Under the pieces are notes generated by a model, which was given only the letters and a program-made list of their open reading frames with translations, searched no databases and was not told where the DNA came from. A DNA stretch of 64,000 nt from Macrostomum lignano (taxonomy: Eukaryota), in NCBI GenBank assembly GCA_002269645.1, contig NIVC01001221.1:159338-223337 (forward strand), in the 5' to 3' direction. A program made the position numbers and the translations under genes. Below are positions 42,205 to 56,954 of the stretch, one piece after another (the stretch's first letter is position 1; each line of letters starts with the position of its first letter).

Positions 42205-42850
42205 TAGAGAGAGAGAAAAAGAGAAAGAGAGGGAATGGAGAGAGGGGGAGAGGGGGAGAGAGAGAGACCGTCAAAAGAGAAAAGGAGATGTAAATGTATC
42301 GATAGAAGCGCTGGAGAGAGAGGGAGACCGGTAGAGAAAGGGGAGAGAGGTAGACGGAGGCAGAGAGGTAGAGAGAGGTAGAGAGGTAGAGAGAGGTAGA
42401 GAGGTAGAGAGAGGTAGAGAGGTAGAGAGAGGTAGAGAGGTAGAGAGGTAGAGAGAGGTAGACAGAAGTAGACAGAGATAGAGAGGCAGAGAGAGAAAGG
42501 GAGAGGTAGAGAGAGGGAGAGAGGTAGACAGAGATAGACAGAGAGAGGTGGGTAGAGAGGTAGAGACAGAGAGAGGCAGAGGGAGGGAGAGAGGTAGAGA
42601 GAGAGGTAGAGAGGAGAGGTAGAGAGGCAGAGAGAAAAAGGGAGAGATTAGAGGGAGGGAGAGAGGTAGACAGAGATAGACAGAGAGAGAGGTGGGTAGA
42701 GAGGTAGAGACAGAGAGAGGCAGAGGGAGGGAGAGAGGTAGAGAGAGAGGTAGAGAGGAGAGGTAGAGAGACAGAGAGAAAAAGGGAGAGATTAGATGGA
42801 GGGAGAGAGGTAGACAGAGATAGACAGAAGAGAGAGAGAGAGGTAGAGAC
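42205..42850. repeat. Purine-rich GA / GAGAGGTA compound repeat
   Basis: Direct reading; internal ~120-bp duplication. Confidence 0.9.
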
Positions 42851-43867
42851 GGAGTCTGAGGTCACCGCCAGATCAATTACAAAGTGCCGCAACAGTGAAG
42901 CGCAATCCTTGTGCAGCCAGCTCCGCATCCGGGAGAGTGAAGAAGCAGAGACGCTAATTTAAAGCCTCGTGTCCGACACTCCAACACCTTCGGAAGCCGG
43001 CGGCAGGCAGCCGCCTTTCGCTGGCCGCTGTTTAAAAATGGAGATTGCTGTCCCAAGATTGGAAGAAAATAGACAGAAGAAGGCAGGAAAAGACAGTGGG
43101 GAGAAGGGGAAGAGGGTAATAGGAGAAAAGACCAAAGTGAATTTGCGAATCTCCACGCGGGACGGGTCGGTCGGTTGGTGCCTCGGAGACAAGACTTCTG
43201 TGTCCCCCTCTGGCCCAGTGATGAATTGCTCACCTGCTGCTGCCCCCCCCCTACGGTCGTGCACCAGCTGACGCGAACTGACTGCTTCAGCATGCCGCCG
43301 CGACCAGAAAGATGCAAATCTCCCCAACATAAACTCCCCATCCGGTGCAATTCTCGCTATGACCCATTTTATGCAGGCGGGGGGGGGGGCAAGTGCCCTC
43401 TGATAGCGAGTAGCCACTGCTGTCTCCGAGGCACCGCCGCTACCCTCCGTCTGCACCAGATTCGAACAGGTGACTCCCAGGAAGAAGCGATTATTTTCAG
43501 GCATAGCTACTTTCAAGAGGGAGCGTGACGTATGGGCGCGCGGGAGGCTGGGGGTCCGACATCTCCCCGTCAGGTGGTCTCCTTCACTCCCTTCCATTGC
43601 GTCCCCTTTATTTCGCGTCTCTTCTACCTGGCGCTGGTAGTGCCGGCTCCTGTCTTTAGTCGTTCTTTCTCCCGTTGCAAGCATTCCTTTCATCCACCTT
43701 GAACTGATGCCATAGTTCACGGGGGCGCAGCTGTGACTTGCAGGCCGCCTCTGGGCCTGCCCGGTGTCAGTTGATGCGATATATGATGCTGCCGCTCTGA
43801 GGGCACCGGGGCTCTGTGAGGTGCTTGGAGCCATTAGTTAATGCTGTAGTGAATTCGGATATAATAC

Positions 43868-44883
<1,016 letters not shown>

Positions 44884-45447
44884 TTCCCAATATTTCCCAA
44901 ATCTCTGCTCACTTTAACAATCGAATGTTTTCATTCGCCCCCATCGCCGCAGGCGAAATCCAAGCAGTTAAAAAAACAGTCACCAGAAATTTCTGAAGCG
45001 GAAGAAGACCGAAGACGCGGCTTCAGCTTTTATTGCCCGAGTGGCCCAGCCATTGCTTTGAGCAATATTTTTACAGGAAGGGGATTAAACGAAAATAAAA
45101 ACGCAGCATTTCAGTTAGAGAAATCTGGGAAAAGTTTAATGATCCCCATAGAGTTCCTTCCCCGGGGGGTTGGTTAGAGGGGAGATTTCTCCCACCTCCG
45201 GCTGCAGCACCAGCTGGAGCAGCCCAGGTGAGAAGTCGAGGTGAAAATGTGAGGCGCAGCGGGAGGTGGCGGAGGCGGTTGAAAGCCAAGGAGATCCACA
45301 ACCAGAAGCTGGAGTGCCAATTGAAGCTCAAATTTGAGCTTTTGAATTGGGGTGACCAAAGCAGAACTTTTGAGGGGGGCGAGGCTAAGTTAAGAATTCT
45401 ACGAGACATGAAAAAATTCCTACATTGTTTTGAGAATGTGTGTTGTT

Positions 45448-46025
45448 AGCACTCATTTTGACGCCGCAGACACTCATTTTGGCGCCGCAGGCACTCATTT
45501 TGGCGCCACAGGCAGACACTCATTTTGGCCCCGCAAGCACTCATTTTGACGCCGCAGACACTCATTTTGGCGCCGCAGGCACTCATTTTGGTGCTGCAGG
45601 CACTCATTTTGGCGCCGCAGACACTCATTTTGACGCCGCTGGCACTCATTTTGGCGCCGCAGGCACTCATTTTGGCGCAGGCACTCATTTTGACGCCGCT
45701 GGCACTCATTTTGGCGCCGCAAGCACTCATTTTGGCGCTTCTGGCACTCATTTTGGCACCGCAGACACTCATTTTGGCGCTGCTGGCACTCATTTTGGCG
45801 CCGCAGGCACTCATTTTAGCGCTGCTGGCACTCACTTTGGCGCCGCAGTCAGGAACTCATTTTGGCGCCGCAGGCGGGCACTCACTTTGGCGCCGCAGGC
45901 AGGCACTCATTTTGGCGCCACAAGCACTCACTTTGGCGCCGCAGGCGGGCACTCATTTTGGCGCCACAAGCACTCACTTTGGCGCCGCAGGCAGGCACTA
46001 ATTTCTGCTGTATATTTTGGCGCCA
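45448..46025 (-). repeat. Inverted copy of the AAAATGAGTGCC..GGCGCC minisatellite
   Basis: GGCGCCGCAGGCACTCATTTT units on the + strand. Confidence 0.95.
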
Positions 46026-46662
46026 TAAAACAAAATTATTGATTTTTTATGCATTTTTAGTACACTAGAAAGAAGAAATGTGTACCAAGAAAAATGTGCT
46101 ATTTTCATTTGGTCATTTCGGACCAACAGATGAAACCAGGGTTTGGTGAGGAACTATCAATCCAGGATCTTTAGTTCTTTGATTTCCTTGGTTTCGTGAA
46201 ATTAAAATCATTTTTAACGCTCAAACAAATTTGGGATCCCCGGCTCTCAGCCCAGTCTGCGCAGCAGCAGGAGAAGTGGATAAGAGAAAACAATAAACTG
46301 AAAAAGGAAACGGGTGGCCCAAGAAGGTTGAGAAAGGTGAGAATATGGGGATCTGGGATTAATGCCCCACTTGGGGGGAAGGGAAAAGCCGGAAAGGCAG
46401 TGGAGTTGAGCTGTCAAAGCTGCAGGCAGCGCCACTCCACTTCAACTGTTTAAGAACTGCTGCTGTCTTCAAGCTGACACGTAGAAGCCATCCGCGAATG
46501 GAAAGTCCTGACAGATTGTATGAAAGTGGAGTTGGTTGCCCAACCAGCTGTTGCTAGCCGCGCGGACTTGGTAATCCACTCTTGAGATTTGCAGGCGGTT
46601 CATAATATGGTGTTTGTTTAATAATCTCTTTTTAATGACTCGCATGGTGACGCTTTCGTTAC

Positions 46663-47898
46663 TCTCACACCCTCCGCCTCAGTCTTGTCTCCCCTCTCTC
46701 ACACCCTCCGCCTCAGTCTTGTGTCCCCTCTCTCACACCCTCCGCCTCAGTCTTGTGTCCCCTCTCTCACACCCTCCGCCTCAGTCTTGTCTCCCCTCTC
46801 TCACACCCTCCGCCTCAGTCTTGTGTCCCCTCTCTCACACCCTCCGCCTCAGTCTTGTCTCCCCTCTCTCACACCCTCCGCCTCAGTCTTGTCTCCCCTC
46901 TCTCACACCCTCCGCCTCAGTCTTGTCTCCCCTCTCTCACACCCTCCGCCTCAGTCTTGTCTCCCCTCTCTCACACCCTCCGCCTCACTCTTGTCTCCCC
47001 TCTCTCACACCCTCCGCCTCACTCTTGTCTCCCCTCTCTCACACCCTCCGCCTCAGTCTTGTCTCCCCTCTCTCACACCCTCCGCCTCAGTCTTGTCTCC
47101 ATTTTGTCACACCCTCCGCCTCAGTCTTGTCTCCATTTTGTCACACCCTCCGCCTCAGTCTTGTCTCCATTTTGTCACACCCTCCGCCTCAGTCTTGTCT
47201 CCATTTTGTCACACCCTCCGCCTCAGTCTTGTCTCCCCTCTCTCACACCCTCCGCCTCAGTCTTGTCTCCCTTCTATCACACCCTCCGCCTCAGTCTTGT
47301 CTCCATTTTGTCACACCCTCCGCCTCAGTCTTGTCTCCCCTCTCTCACACCCTCCGCCTCAGTCTTGTCTCCATTTTGTCACACCCTCCGCCTAAGTCTT
47401 GTCTCCATTCTCTCACACCCTCCGCCTCAGTCTTGTCTCCCCTCTCTCACACCCTCCGCCTCAGTCTTGTCTCCCCTCTCTCACACCCTCTACCTCAGTC
47501 TTGTCTCCCCTCTCTCACACCCTCTACCTCAGTCTTGTCTCCCCTCTCTCACACCCTCCGCCTCAGTCTTGTCTCCCCTCTCTCACACCCTCCGCCTCAG
47601 TCTTGTCTCCATTCTCTCACACCCTCCGCCTCAGTCTTGTCTCCATTCTCTCACACCCTCTACCTCAGTCTTGTCTCCCCTCTCTCACACCCTCCGCCTC
47701 AGTCTTGTCTCCCCTCTCTCACACCCTCCGCCTCAGTCTTGTCTCCCCTCTCTCACACCCTCCGCCTCAGTCTTGTCTCCATTCTCTCACACCCTCCGCC
47801 TCAGTCTTGTCTCCATTCTCTCACACCCTCCGCCTCAGTCTTGTGTCCCCTCTCTCACACCCTCCGCCTCAGTCTTGTGTCCCCTCTCTCACACCCTC
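46663..47898. repeat. 34-bp minisatellite CACACCCTCCGCCTCAGTCTTGTCTCCCCTCTCT
   Basis: ~36 units. Confidence 0.97.
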
Positions 47899-48409
47899 CT
47901 TTAATCCTCTTTTTCCAACAAATTCCATCGCATTCAACCTCAGCAACATCGGACTCCATGTGTGAGGCGCGTGAGAACGAAACGCCCATCCAAAAGTTTG
48001 AGCACTGTACTCTAGTTGGACACACATGCATTTGTTCTGTACTGGACCTGGATGATGGAAGCTGCGCACTCTGCAGTGCATGCATGCTCTTGCAGGTTCC
48101 CATGCAGGGAACGAGAAATTGACTGAAAATGAAATGCGTTATTGCTGAAGTTTCTCCCACGAGTAAGTCTCTCACGTCTCTCACGGGTTGCCACCTCCTC
48201 TTATTGAGACTTTTTATTGTCTTGGCAACTAATAATAGCAGCACTAATTCGAAAAAGGCTCTGCATGCATGGGAATTGGTCAGGTAGTTGTAAACCTGGT
48301 TCGCACGCTGCATGTACCACTTTGTTTTTTTATAGAAATATACAGCGTCAGGTAATTGTGCATGGTCATGTTAATTAAAATCCTTTTGTATCCCAAGGGT
48401 CCCATGTGT

Positions 48410-49070
48410 TTTGGAGGCAGCACATGTATTCCAGGTTTTTGGAGGCAGCACAGGTATCCCGAGGCATCACAGGTATCCTAGGTTTTTGGAGGCATCACAG
48501 GTATCCCAGGTGTTTTAAGTAGTTTGGAGGCATCACAGGTATCCCAGGTGTTTTAAGTAGTTTGGAGGCATCACAGGTATCCCAGGTGTTTTAAGTAGTT
48601 TGGAGGCATCACAGGTATCTCATGTGTTTTAAAGGGCATCACAGGTATCCTGAGTGGTTTGGAGGGCATCACAGGTATCCCAGGTGCTTTGAGGGCATCA
48701 CAGGTATCTCATGTGTTTTAAAGGACACCACAGGTATCCTAAGTGGTTTGGAGGCATCACAGGTATCCCAGGTGTTTTAAAGGGCACCACAGGTATCCTA
48801 AGTGGTTTGGAGGCATCACAGGTATCCCAGGTGTTTTAAAGGGCACCACAGGTATCCTAAGTGGTTTGGAGGCATCACAGGTATCCCAGGTGCTTTGAGG
48901 GCATCACAGGTATCCCAAGTGCTTTGAGGGCATCACAGGTATCCCAAGTGCTTTGAGGGCATCACAGGTATCCCAAGTGGTTTGGAGACAGAGGCGCCAC
49001 AGGTATCCCAGGTGTTTTGGAGGCCCAAAGGTATCCCGGATATTTTAAAGGCACCACAGGTATCCCAATT
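48410..49070. repeat. Degenerate minisatellite with core GGCATCACAGGTATCCC
   Basis: Variable 20-35-bp units. Confidence 0.9.
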
Positions 49071-50631
49071 GGTCCCAGTTCTCCAAGTTTCCCAGGTAAT
49101 CTATATAGTTCAGGTTTTGTTGGTAAGCAATACTCTCCAATGTATACGAGTACTGTCTGTAAAAGAGCCTACCATGATTCTTGCAAAAGCGCATACTTGC
49201 GGTTCCTGCTGTCAGAAACAAGCGATGTGACCCCTCAGTCAGCCCACGGATACCAGACCGCAAAGCTGACGATTAGCCCGCATTAATCAGCATGTTAGAC
49301 AGGGGAAGAAAAACGAAAGACGAGTTTCGAGTTGAAGAGAATTTTTTTACGTTGAACAAAACTGCCGCCTGTTGCTGTTATTTATGTTTGAAATGAAGGG
49401 GGTGGTTTGCTGTCCCCCCGGTGCCTTACGCGAGAGCGGGTCAATAGCTTTTTTTCTTTCAAGTCTTCTTCTTCTAAATAGGGACGGTTTACAATAGAAG
49501 ACTCCGACAGACGCGTGTATAGAAACCAAAAGATCTGGCATGCGATATCTGCACTAGATAGTTTCCATAGGCTTTTGTTGCTGATGATATGCCTGATGTT
49601 TAACAAGGACGTATAGCAAGGTAACCATGCAGCCACGCACACCGGCACTGCAGCTTGCGCAGCAGGCAACACATGTGGCCATATGAAGTGAGCGAGTGAG
49701 TGAGTGCCGTTTGCAGGTAGCGAGAGCGAGATGACACTTGCGCAACAGCTGACGCCGTAATATGACCCAGAAGCCACCAAGGCTTGAATTGTTTTCAAAC
49801 ACACTGCACCGCCCAGGAGATGCCTGTAAAGACCTCTGCACCATGACGCATTGAAAGTATTTCTTTGCTTGTTTCTTAGAAAGCTTGGAAAACTCGAATC
49901 AAACTCGAGATTTAGGTTTTTTTCAATTTTGAAACATGAAGCTCAGTTCTATTGAAGAAGCTCCAATGAGGTTCCGTCGGTAACTACAGCCGATTTCAAT
50001 CCGTTAGACATGCGGTTGATGCACTGCATGCTGCGGCAGTATAATGGAGCGGACGAGCGGTTCGGTTTGGGTTGGTAAAAGCTTGGAAAGTTTAACACCA
50101 ACCTTCCTCCCAACAGACCCCCCCCCGGGGCTGACTTCTGCCAACACCTGACACTCTTAATCAAAATGTTTGCAGGCTTAAGCTTCCATCCGAGTGGAAG
50201 TCCCTGGGGATGGAAACCGGCAGCTCCCCTTCTCCGCCATTCTCCCCTCCTACGCACACAGGTATTTTGCTACCCGGGGCGCCAGCCAATAGCGATAGGC
50301 GCCGAGCCGCCTCATTGGCTGTCCCGTGAGCTGCGGCCCACCCTGGTCTTCATTTATTCTCCTGAATCTCTTCGGTTTTGCCCTGATATTCATCTCTTCC
50401 TCATTGCTTAGGAAAAATATCTTTTAATTCCTTTGAGATTTTTTCGACACTATGCGAAAACGAACTGTAACTTCGAATCCCAGCGTCAGATCTGGTGGAG
50501 CATTCAGTCCAGTTGCTGGGTCCTTGGATGCCACGTGGCAACAGACTTCTTGCGATGCCGGTGAGTCTTCGAGATGTCAGTTCGGGTGCGATGCTTGGTC
50601 TATGGTGAGACAAGCGAGACTGAGAGATGGA

Positions 50632-50972
50632 GCGGAGGTAGAGACGGTGAGAGGGAGGTAGAGACGGTGAGAGGGAGGTAGAGACGGTGAGAGGGAGGTA
50701 GAGACGGTGAGAGGGAGGTAGAGACGGTGAGAGGGAGGTAGAGACGGTGAGAGGGAGGTAGAGACGGTGAGAGGGAGGTAGAGACGGTGAGAGGGAGGTA
50801 GAGACGGTGAGAGGGAGGTAGAGACGGTGAGAGGGAGGTAGAGACGGTGAGAGGGAGGTAGAGACGGTGAGAGGGAGGTAGAGACGGTGAGAGGGAGGTA
50901 GAGACGGTGAGAGGGAGGTAGAGACGGTGAGAGGGAGGTAGAGACGGTGAAAGGGAGGTAGAGACGGTGAAA
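50632..50972. repeat. Near-perfect 20-bp repeat GAGGGAGGTAGAGACGGTGA
   Basis: ~17 units. Confidence 0.97.
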
Positions 50973-52643
50973 GGTGACAGAATTCATTGAGGAGTATAGA
51001 TGGAGGTTGAGAAAAAGCATCTAAAGATTATTCAGTATAGCTACCAGCGTATAATAGGGCTTATACGACCTAAGATCAGCCTTCAGGGTCGGAAATGCGC
51101 TTTGCACCTGTTCCGCTGACAGAGAAGCACGAGAGGGTTGCACCCCGAATACAACTTCTTTCTCCTTACTCCTATATACGTTCCGCGGTACACCGTAAAG
51201 CCCCGTGATTCCTAGAATTTTTTCCTACCTGCATTAGTTATTGATTGGGTTGTAATGCCATTCAGTCTTCTTCTTGTCTTCGTGTCACTCGGACGAACCC
51301 AAGATAAGTAATGAGGCGCAGGTGCAGAATGAATGCAGACTTTGGGCCATAGACAGTTCAGATTGCTTACGAGAATATATAGAATATTTGGTTGCTTTTG
51401 TAAACAAAACGACAGAATCTTCTTCTGGCTGGGAATTTTTCCTCTACAATCTACGAGTGTAAGTGGCCTCTGGGTGTGGGTGTGTAGGGGAATTCGTGAC
51501 TGAAGGTAGCTCTTTACAATGTTGCCACCTTGTTTATTAATGCAAAGTTTGAGCGCGTCTGCCAAACAGACACTGAATCATTATAATGGATAGCTCTGCT
51601 CAGAAACCTGCCGGATTCTTCCTAATGAAAGCATAAGTGTAAACAATGGACAAAAAAGAACAAAGGGTGAGACCGCTGGTTCGCTTTCACACCTTTTTCG
51701 TTAACCGGAACCCGGATCCAGCAGATTGTTGTCTGCAGGTTGGTCGAAAGAAAAATCAATGGAATGGAAAACAAGATTTTGGCTCCGATTTTGTGTGTCC
51801 AACGGAATTTTACTTTGTGCGTGACTTGCAACAACTTGTTGACTGCTTTGCCTGTTATTTGCATTGCTCATGTGCCTGTGTCTAAGCTATGTCTTAGTCT
51901 GTCCCCGTGTCTGTGTCTGTAACGCACTCTCCCTTTGCCTCTCTCTCCCCCTCTCCCTCTCCCTCTCCCTCTGCTACTCACCCTCCCTCTCCCTTTGCGT
52001 CTCCCTATCCCTCAGTCTTTCCGTGTTCCTGTATCTCCGTCCCGATCCCTTATCTCCAAACTCATTAACCAAAATAAGTTTTTTTACAATAATTCTGATT
52101 TGTTAAACATTTCAAGCTTAATTTAGGAAGCCACAGCAACATTACAGTATTGCGGGCCTGTGAGCTGTGAGCGGAACACCCACGGAGATACTCCACCCCT
52201 GAGAGCCCACCAAGATCCCGCAGCGATATTGTTTTGTGTTTTCCTCTTTTGTTAGAAGGAATCCCCTTCGGCAATTGATATATCTCTATGCATGTGAGAT
52301 CCCCGGGCCCCAGCACACTTAAACAATCAAATTTCACTCAACACTAAGTGAGTATTGGAATCCAGGACTAATCAGTAATCTTGCGAGTTGGGACTCGGAA
52401 CTTTCCATTTTTTCTGTCCGGGACAGCCTCGGGCTCATCACGCCCCCCCACTGAGCTCTTCTTAGAAATAGAAGCTTCGCTTGTGACAAATTTTCATTAC
52501 AAGCTGTTGCCAAATCAGAATTCATGACTAATGATTTATGAGAAATTTTGTGCATCGATCTGGTTTGAGTTGTTATTGAGTTGAATTTGTTAGAAATTCA
52601 ATGCTTTGAGATCAATATGGAGTCAGCAAAGTTCAATTCTAAA

Positions 52644-53346
52644 AGGGCGCCACCCAAATCTTAAAATCGGCGCCACCAAAATCTCAAAATCAGCGCCACC
52701 CAAATCTCAAAATCGGCGCCACCCAAATCTTAAATTGGCGCCACCCAAATCTCAAAATCGGCGCCACCCAAATCTTAAAATCGGCGCCACCCAAATCTTA
52801 AATTGGCGCCACCCAAATCTCAAAATCGGCGCCACCCAAATCTTAAAATCGGCGCCACCCAAATCTTAAATTGGCGCCACCCAAATCTCAAAATCGGCGC
52901 CACCCAAATCTCAAAATCGGCGCCACCCAAATCTCAAAATCGGCGCCACCCAAATCTTAAAATCAGCGCCACCCAAATCTCAAAAATGGCACCACCCAAA
53001 TCTTAAAATCAGCGCCACCCAAATCTCAAAATTGGCACCACCCAAATCTTGAAGTTGGCGCCACCCAAATCTTAAAATCGGCGCCATCCAAATCTTAAAA
53101 TCAGCGCCACCCAAATCTCAAAATCGGCACCACCCAAATCTTGAAATTGGCGCCACCCAAATCTTAAAATCAGCGCCACCCAAATCTCAAAATTGGCGCC
53201 ACTCAAATCTCAAAATTGGCGCCACCCAAATCTCAAAATCGGCGCCATCCAAATCTAAAAATTGGCACCACCCAAATCTCAAAATCGGAGCCACCAAATC
53301 TCAAAATCAGCGCCACCCAAATCTCAAAATCGGCGCCATCCAAATC
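52644..53346. repeat. 22-23-bp minisatellite AAAATCGGCGCCACCCAAATCTC
   Basis: ~30 units. Confidence 0.95.
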
Positions 53347-53857
53347 CAGAAAAAGAATCTGCTTATTTCCTTGATTTATTAGTATCGGATGCTTTAAGAA
53401 AACTATTTCAGCTTGAAGTTATCTTCTCACCAATATTTGGAAGGTGCACGAGTGTCCCACAACTCCATTGCTCTGGACAAAGCAAATCTACAAGTAAATT
53501 ATATTTAAATTTACCGCAGTTCCACCTATAGGGCCGTTTTCAAAGAAGAGTCGCAGTCAAAAAAATACTGGATCGAGGCGGAAGTAGCAGCCAAATTTTA
53601 TAACAAAATACGTTTAGTTCAGCACTGCGATAATGGAGCGGCGCGGTCGAGAAGAAGGGGATTAAAAAAAGTCACCGGAACTGTGCGCTGTAGCGATTTA
53701 TAGAAATACTTGCCACCAAACCCTGTCGGTAGATCCAAGGAGGCCCAGAAACAAAAGTCTGGAGTTGACAGCTCTTACCCTGAACCCCGATAGGCTGACT
53801 GAGGTTCAAGTTATCATGACTTCAGTTTCGGTTGAACCATTAGAAGTTTTGTACAAT

Positions 53858-54078
53858 AGCAACAATAATAATAGTAACAATTACAACATAAACAGCAACA
53901 ACAAATACAAAAAAAACAACAACAATAACAAAAACAAACAACAACAACAACAACAGCAAGAACAACAACAACAACAACAATAACAACACCAGCAGAATAA
54001 CAACAACAACAGCAAAAACAACAACAAAAACAACAACAACAACAACAATGACAACAAAAACAACAAAAACAACAACGA
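53858..54078. repeat. Imperfect (CAA)n microsatellite
   Basis: Direct reading. Confidence 0.92.
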
Positions 54079-54761
54079 AAGAATCGGTTTTAATCAAACA
54101 AAACTGACACACCTCGGCAGTCTATAGGAACTCTCAACTCCAAGCTTGTGGCTTTCGGGCCTCCTTGGTCGGATCACACCTTCCGAATAGACAGGTGGGA
54201 GCGGGGTGGGGGCGATCCTGACTGCCTGCCGGGGGGGGACTTCCGGAACCTTGGCTATTCTTTACGATCGGATCGCTGCTCGAAAAAATATCGGCGGAAT
54301 TTTTTTTACGATCTTCGATCTCAAATATCGTATATAAATATCTTATTTTTTTGTCTCAACGGTTTGTCTCGATGAGCTTTGCGCGCGCGGGGTGTCGGCC
54401 ATTTATTTATAACTGAGCGCGTTCTTTCAAACAAAAATGCGCGGCCCATGCACACGAGCGGTCGCGTGGCCGGCAGGGCCTCCCCACTCGCAGGACAGCA
54501 GTAAAACTCCTGGCAGAATTGCCTCAACGGGTCTCGGGGCGCGCACTTCCTCCTCTCGCGTCTCCGACTCCCGCACACCTGTGCAGCCGTTTCTCCGCGC
54601 GACATCGCTTCCACGCTGATTTATGACCTCCGAGCTCTGGGACCTGGTTGGGTGGGAAGGGGGGAGGAGACGACAGCCCTTCGGAACCCCTATAGCTTAA
54701 GCCTGCAGACTCGAGTGCGAACACTGAGATACTGAGCACTGTCTGTTAACTCCCCTTCAAG

Positions 54762-56008
54762 GTGTGCTCGGCCTGTCACCCCCGGTTGTGTCATCGGCGT
54801 TCAAGCCGCCGCAGCTTCTGGCGCCACCACCACCGCCGCCGCTGCTGCAGTCTTCGGCGTCCGCCTGTTGGCCCACCATCGCCGCAATGACCTCCTCAGG
54901 GCAGCAGCAGCAGCTCGCCATGCTGCATCAACTCACCCGGCAGCTCGGTCTGTCCAGCATCCAGCAGCATCAACTTCATCATCGTGCATTCCCAACTGAT
55001 CTCAGCCAGCTGCTGCTGCTCAGCTTCGCCTGCCAGCAGGTCGGAGACAGCGCGCCGCCTCCCCTGCCGCTGCCCTTCCTGCCGCCTCCGCTGATGCCCG
55101 CTGCTGCCATCTCAGCAGCAGTCGCCGCGGCCGCCTCCTCGCAGTCATCGAGCGCCTCTGCAGCAGCCGAGTTGAAGCCGACGCCGGAGAACATCCGCGC
55201 CTACCCCGGTCTGTTTGTCGACTTCCAGATGCGAGCGCTGGCCAAGGCTCGAGAGTTGCAGGTCGGCAGCGACAGCCAGCAGCAGCAGACGGCACAGAAA
55301 TGCCTGCAGACACCTCCTGCTCACCAGCAGCCGCAGCAGCAGCAGCAGCAATTGCAGCAGACCTCACCTCAGCATTCGACGCTGCCAGCCTCAGCTTCCG
55401 TGTCAGCGGCTTCATCGTCGGCCTCGTCGCCTTCAACGCCTCCAGGCGGTCGGTTCGCCTGCGGCCGGTGCGGCCGGTCCTACACCACCAGCGCTGGCCT
55501 GATGAAGCACCAGGAGGCTGCCAACTGCTCAGACGGAGCCGAGGCCAAGAAGTTCAGCTGCACCCGCTGTCAGAAGGTCTACTACAGCCTGAGCGCGCTG
55601 AAGATGCACATCCGGACGCACACCCTGCCCTGCCAGTGCCGGATCTGCGGCAAAGCCTTCAGCAGGATGTGGCTGCTCAACGGGCACATCCGGACTCATA
55701 CGGGTGAGAAACCGTTCGAGTGCGCTGTCTGCCAGCGGGCCTTCGCCGACAGGTCCAACCTGAGGGCGCACATGCAGACGCACTCGGAGGTGAAGAAGTA
55801 CCGCTGCCAGGCCTGCGGCAAGACCTTCAGCCGGATGGGGCTGCTCACCAAGCACCGGGCGGCGGGAGGCTGCGGCAGCAGCCAGACTGGGATGGAAGCT
55901 GATGAAGCGGATGAGGATGAGGAATCGGCTGCGATGATGCTGGGCTCCGGGCCGATTCTCGGCTTGGCGACCGCCTCGGCAGCTGCATCGGAGATGGAGG
56001 TCGAGTAG
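54762..56008 (+). CDS. snail: Snail-family C2H2 zinc-finger transcription factor (main coding exon; 5' end uncertain, first in-frame ATG at 54887)
   Basis: Five fingers including [86 protein letters not shown]; acceptor CTCCCCTTCAAG ends at 54761; stop TAG at 56006-56008. Confidence 0.93.
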
Positions 56009-56082
56009 ACGCAGACTCCGCCTGGACTTGACCTTTGTTGTACATTTTGGGTTCCAGTGCGCAATCTGGGAAATCTTTTATC

Positions 56083-56908
56083 CCCAGTAGCCTCCCATCC
56101 GCTCCTGATCCGCCACCAATCCCCTTCCATCCGCTCCTGATCCGCCCCAGTAGCCTTCCATCCGCTCCTGATCCGCCCCCAGTAGCCATCCATCCGCTCC
56201 TGATCCGCCCCCAGTAGCCTTCCATCCGCTCCTGATCCGCCCCCAGTAGCCATCCATCCGCTCCTGATCCGCCACCAATCCCCTTCCATCCGCTCCTGAT
56301 CCGCCCCCAGTAGCCATCCATCCGCTCCTGATCCGCCCCCAGTAGCCATCCATCCGCTCCTGATCCGCCCCCAGTAGCCATCCATCCGCTCCTGATCCGC
56401 CCCCAGTAGCCTTCCATCCGCTCCTGATCCGCCCCCAGTAGACTTCCATCCGCTCCTGATCCGCCCCCAGTAGCCTTCCATCCGCTCCTGATCCGCCCCC
56501 AGTAGCCATCCATCCGCTCCTGATCCGCCCCCAGCCCCAGTAGCCATCCATCCGCTCCTGATCCGCCCCCAGCCCCAGTAGCCATCCATCCGCTCCTGAT
56601 CCGCCCCCAGCCCCAGTAGCCATCCATCCGCTCCTGATCCGCCCCCAGCCCCAGTAGCCATCCATCCGCTCCTGATCCGGACCCCCCCAGTAGCCTTCCA
56701 TCCGCTCCTGATCCGCCCCCAGTAGACTTCCATCCGCTCCTGATCCGCCCCCAGTAGCCTTCCATCCGCTCCTGATCCGCCCCCAGTAGCCATCCATCCG
56801 CTCCTGATCCGCCCCCAGCCCCAGTAGCCATCCATCCGCTCCTGATCCGCCCCCAGCCCCAGTAGCCATCCATCCGCTCCTGATCCGCCCCCAGCCCCAG
56901 TAGCCTTC
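56083..56908. repeat. 31-37-bp minisatellite CCCAGTAGCCATCCATCCGCTCCTGATCCGCCC
   Basis: ~25 units beginning ~75 bp after the snail stop codon. Confidence 0.96.
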
Positions 56909-56948
56909 TATCAGTTTCAGAAGAAAAAATGAAGTAAAAAATTGGTTA

Positions 56949-56954
56949 AATAAA
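56949..56954 (+). promoter_or_regulatory. Candidate polyadenylation signal (AATAAA) of snail
   Basis: First AATAAA I found downstream of the stop codon, in AT-rich context. Confidence 0.45.

Noticed and set aside
42959-43834. 291-aa minus-strand ORF (possible transposase/endonuclease cargo)
   Set aside because: No convincing motif; a GSIIYRIN stretch in another frame faintly recalls GIY-YIG but is followed by a stop and lacks YIG; needs an HMM search
49382-49844. Possible decayed LINE 3' end (ORF ending near AGAAGAAGAAG on the minus strand)
   Set aside because: No recognisable RT, RNase H or zinc-knuckle motif
50555-50566. ATGCCG|GTGAGT as snail exon 1 (Met-Pro)
   Set aside because: Phase 0 donor is incompatible with the phase 1 acceptor at 54761, and the remainder of SNAG is absent
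54979-56873. Antisense ORFs over snail and its downstream repeat
   Set aside because: Shadow ORFs of GC-rich coding sequence and repeat translation
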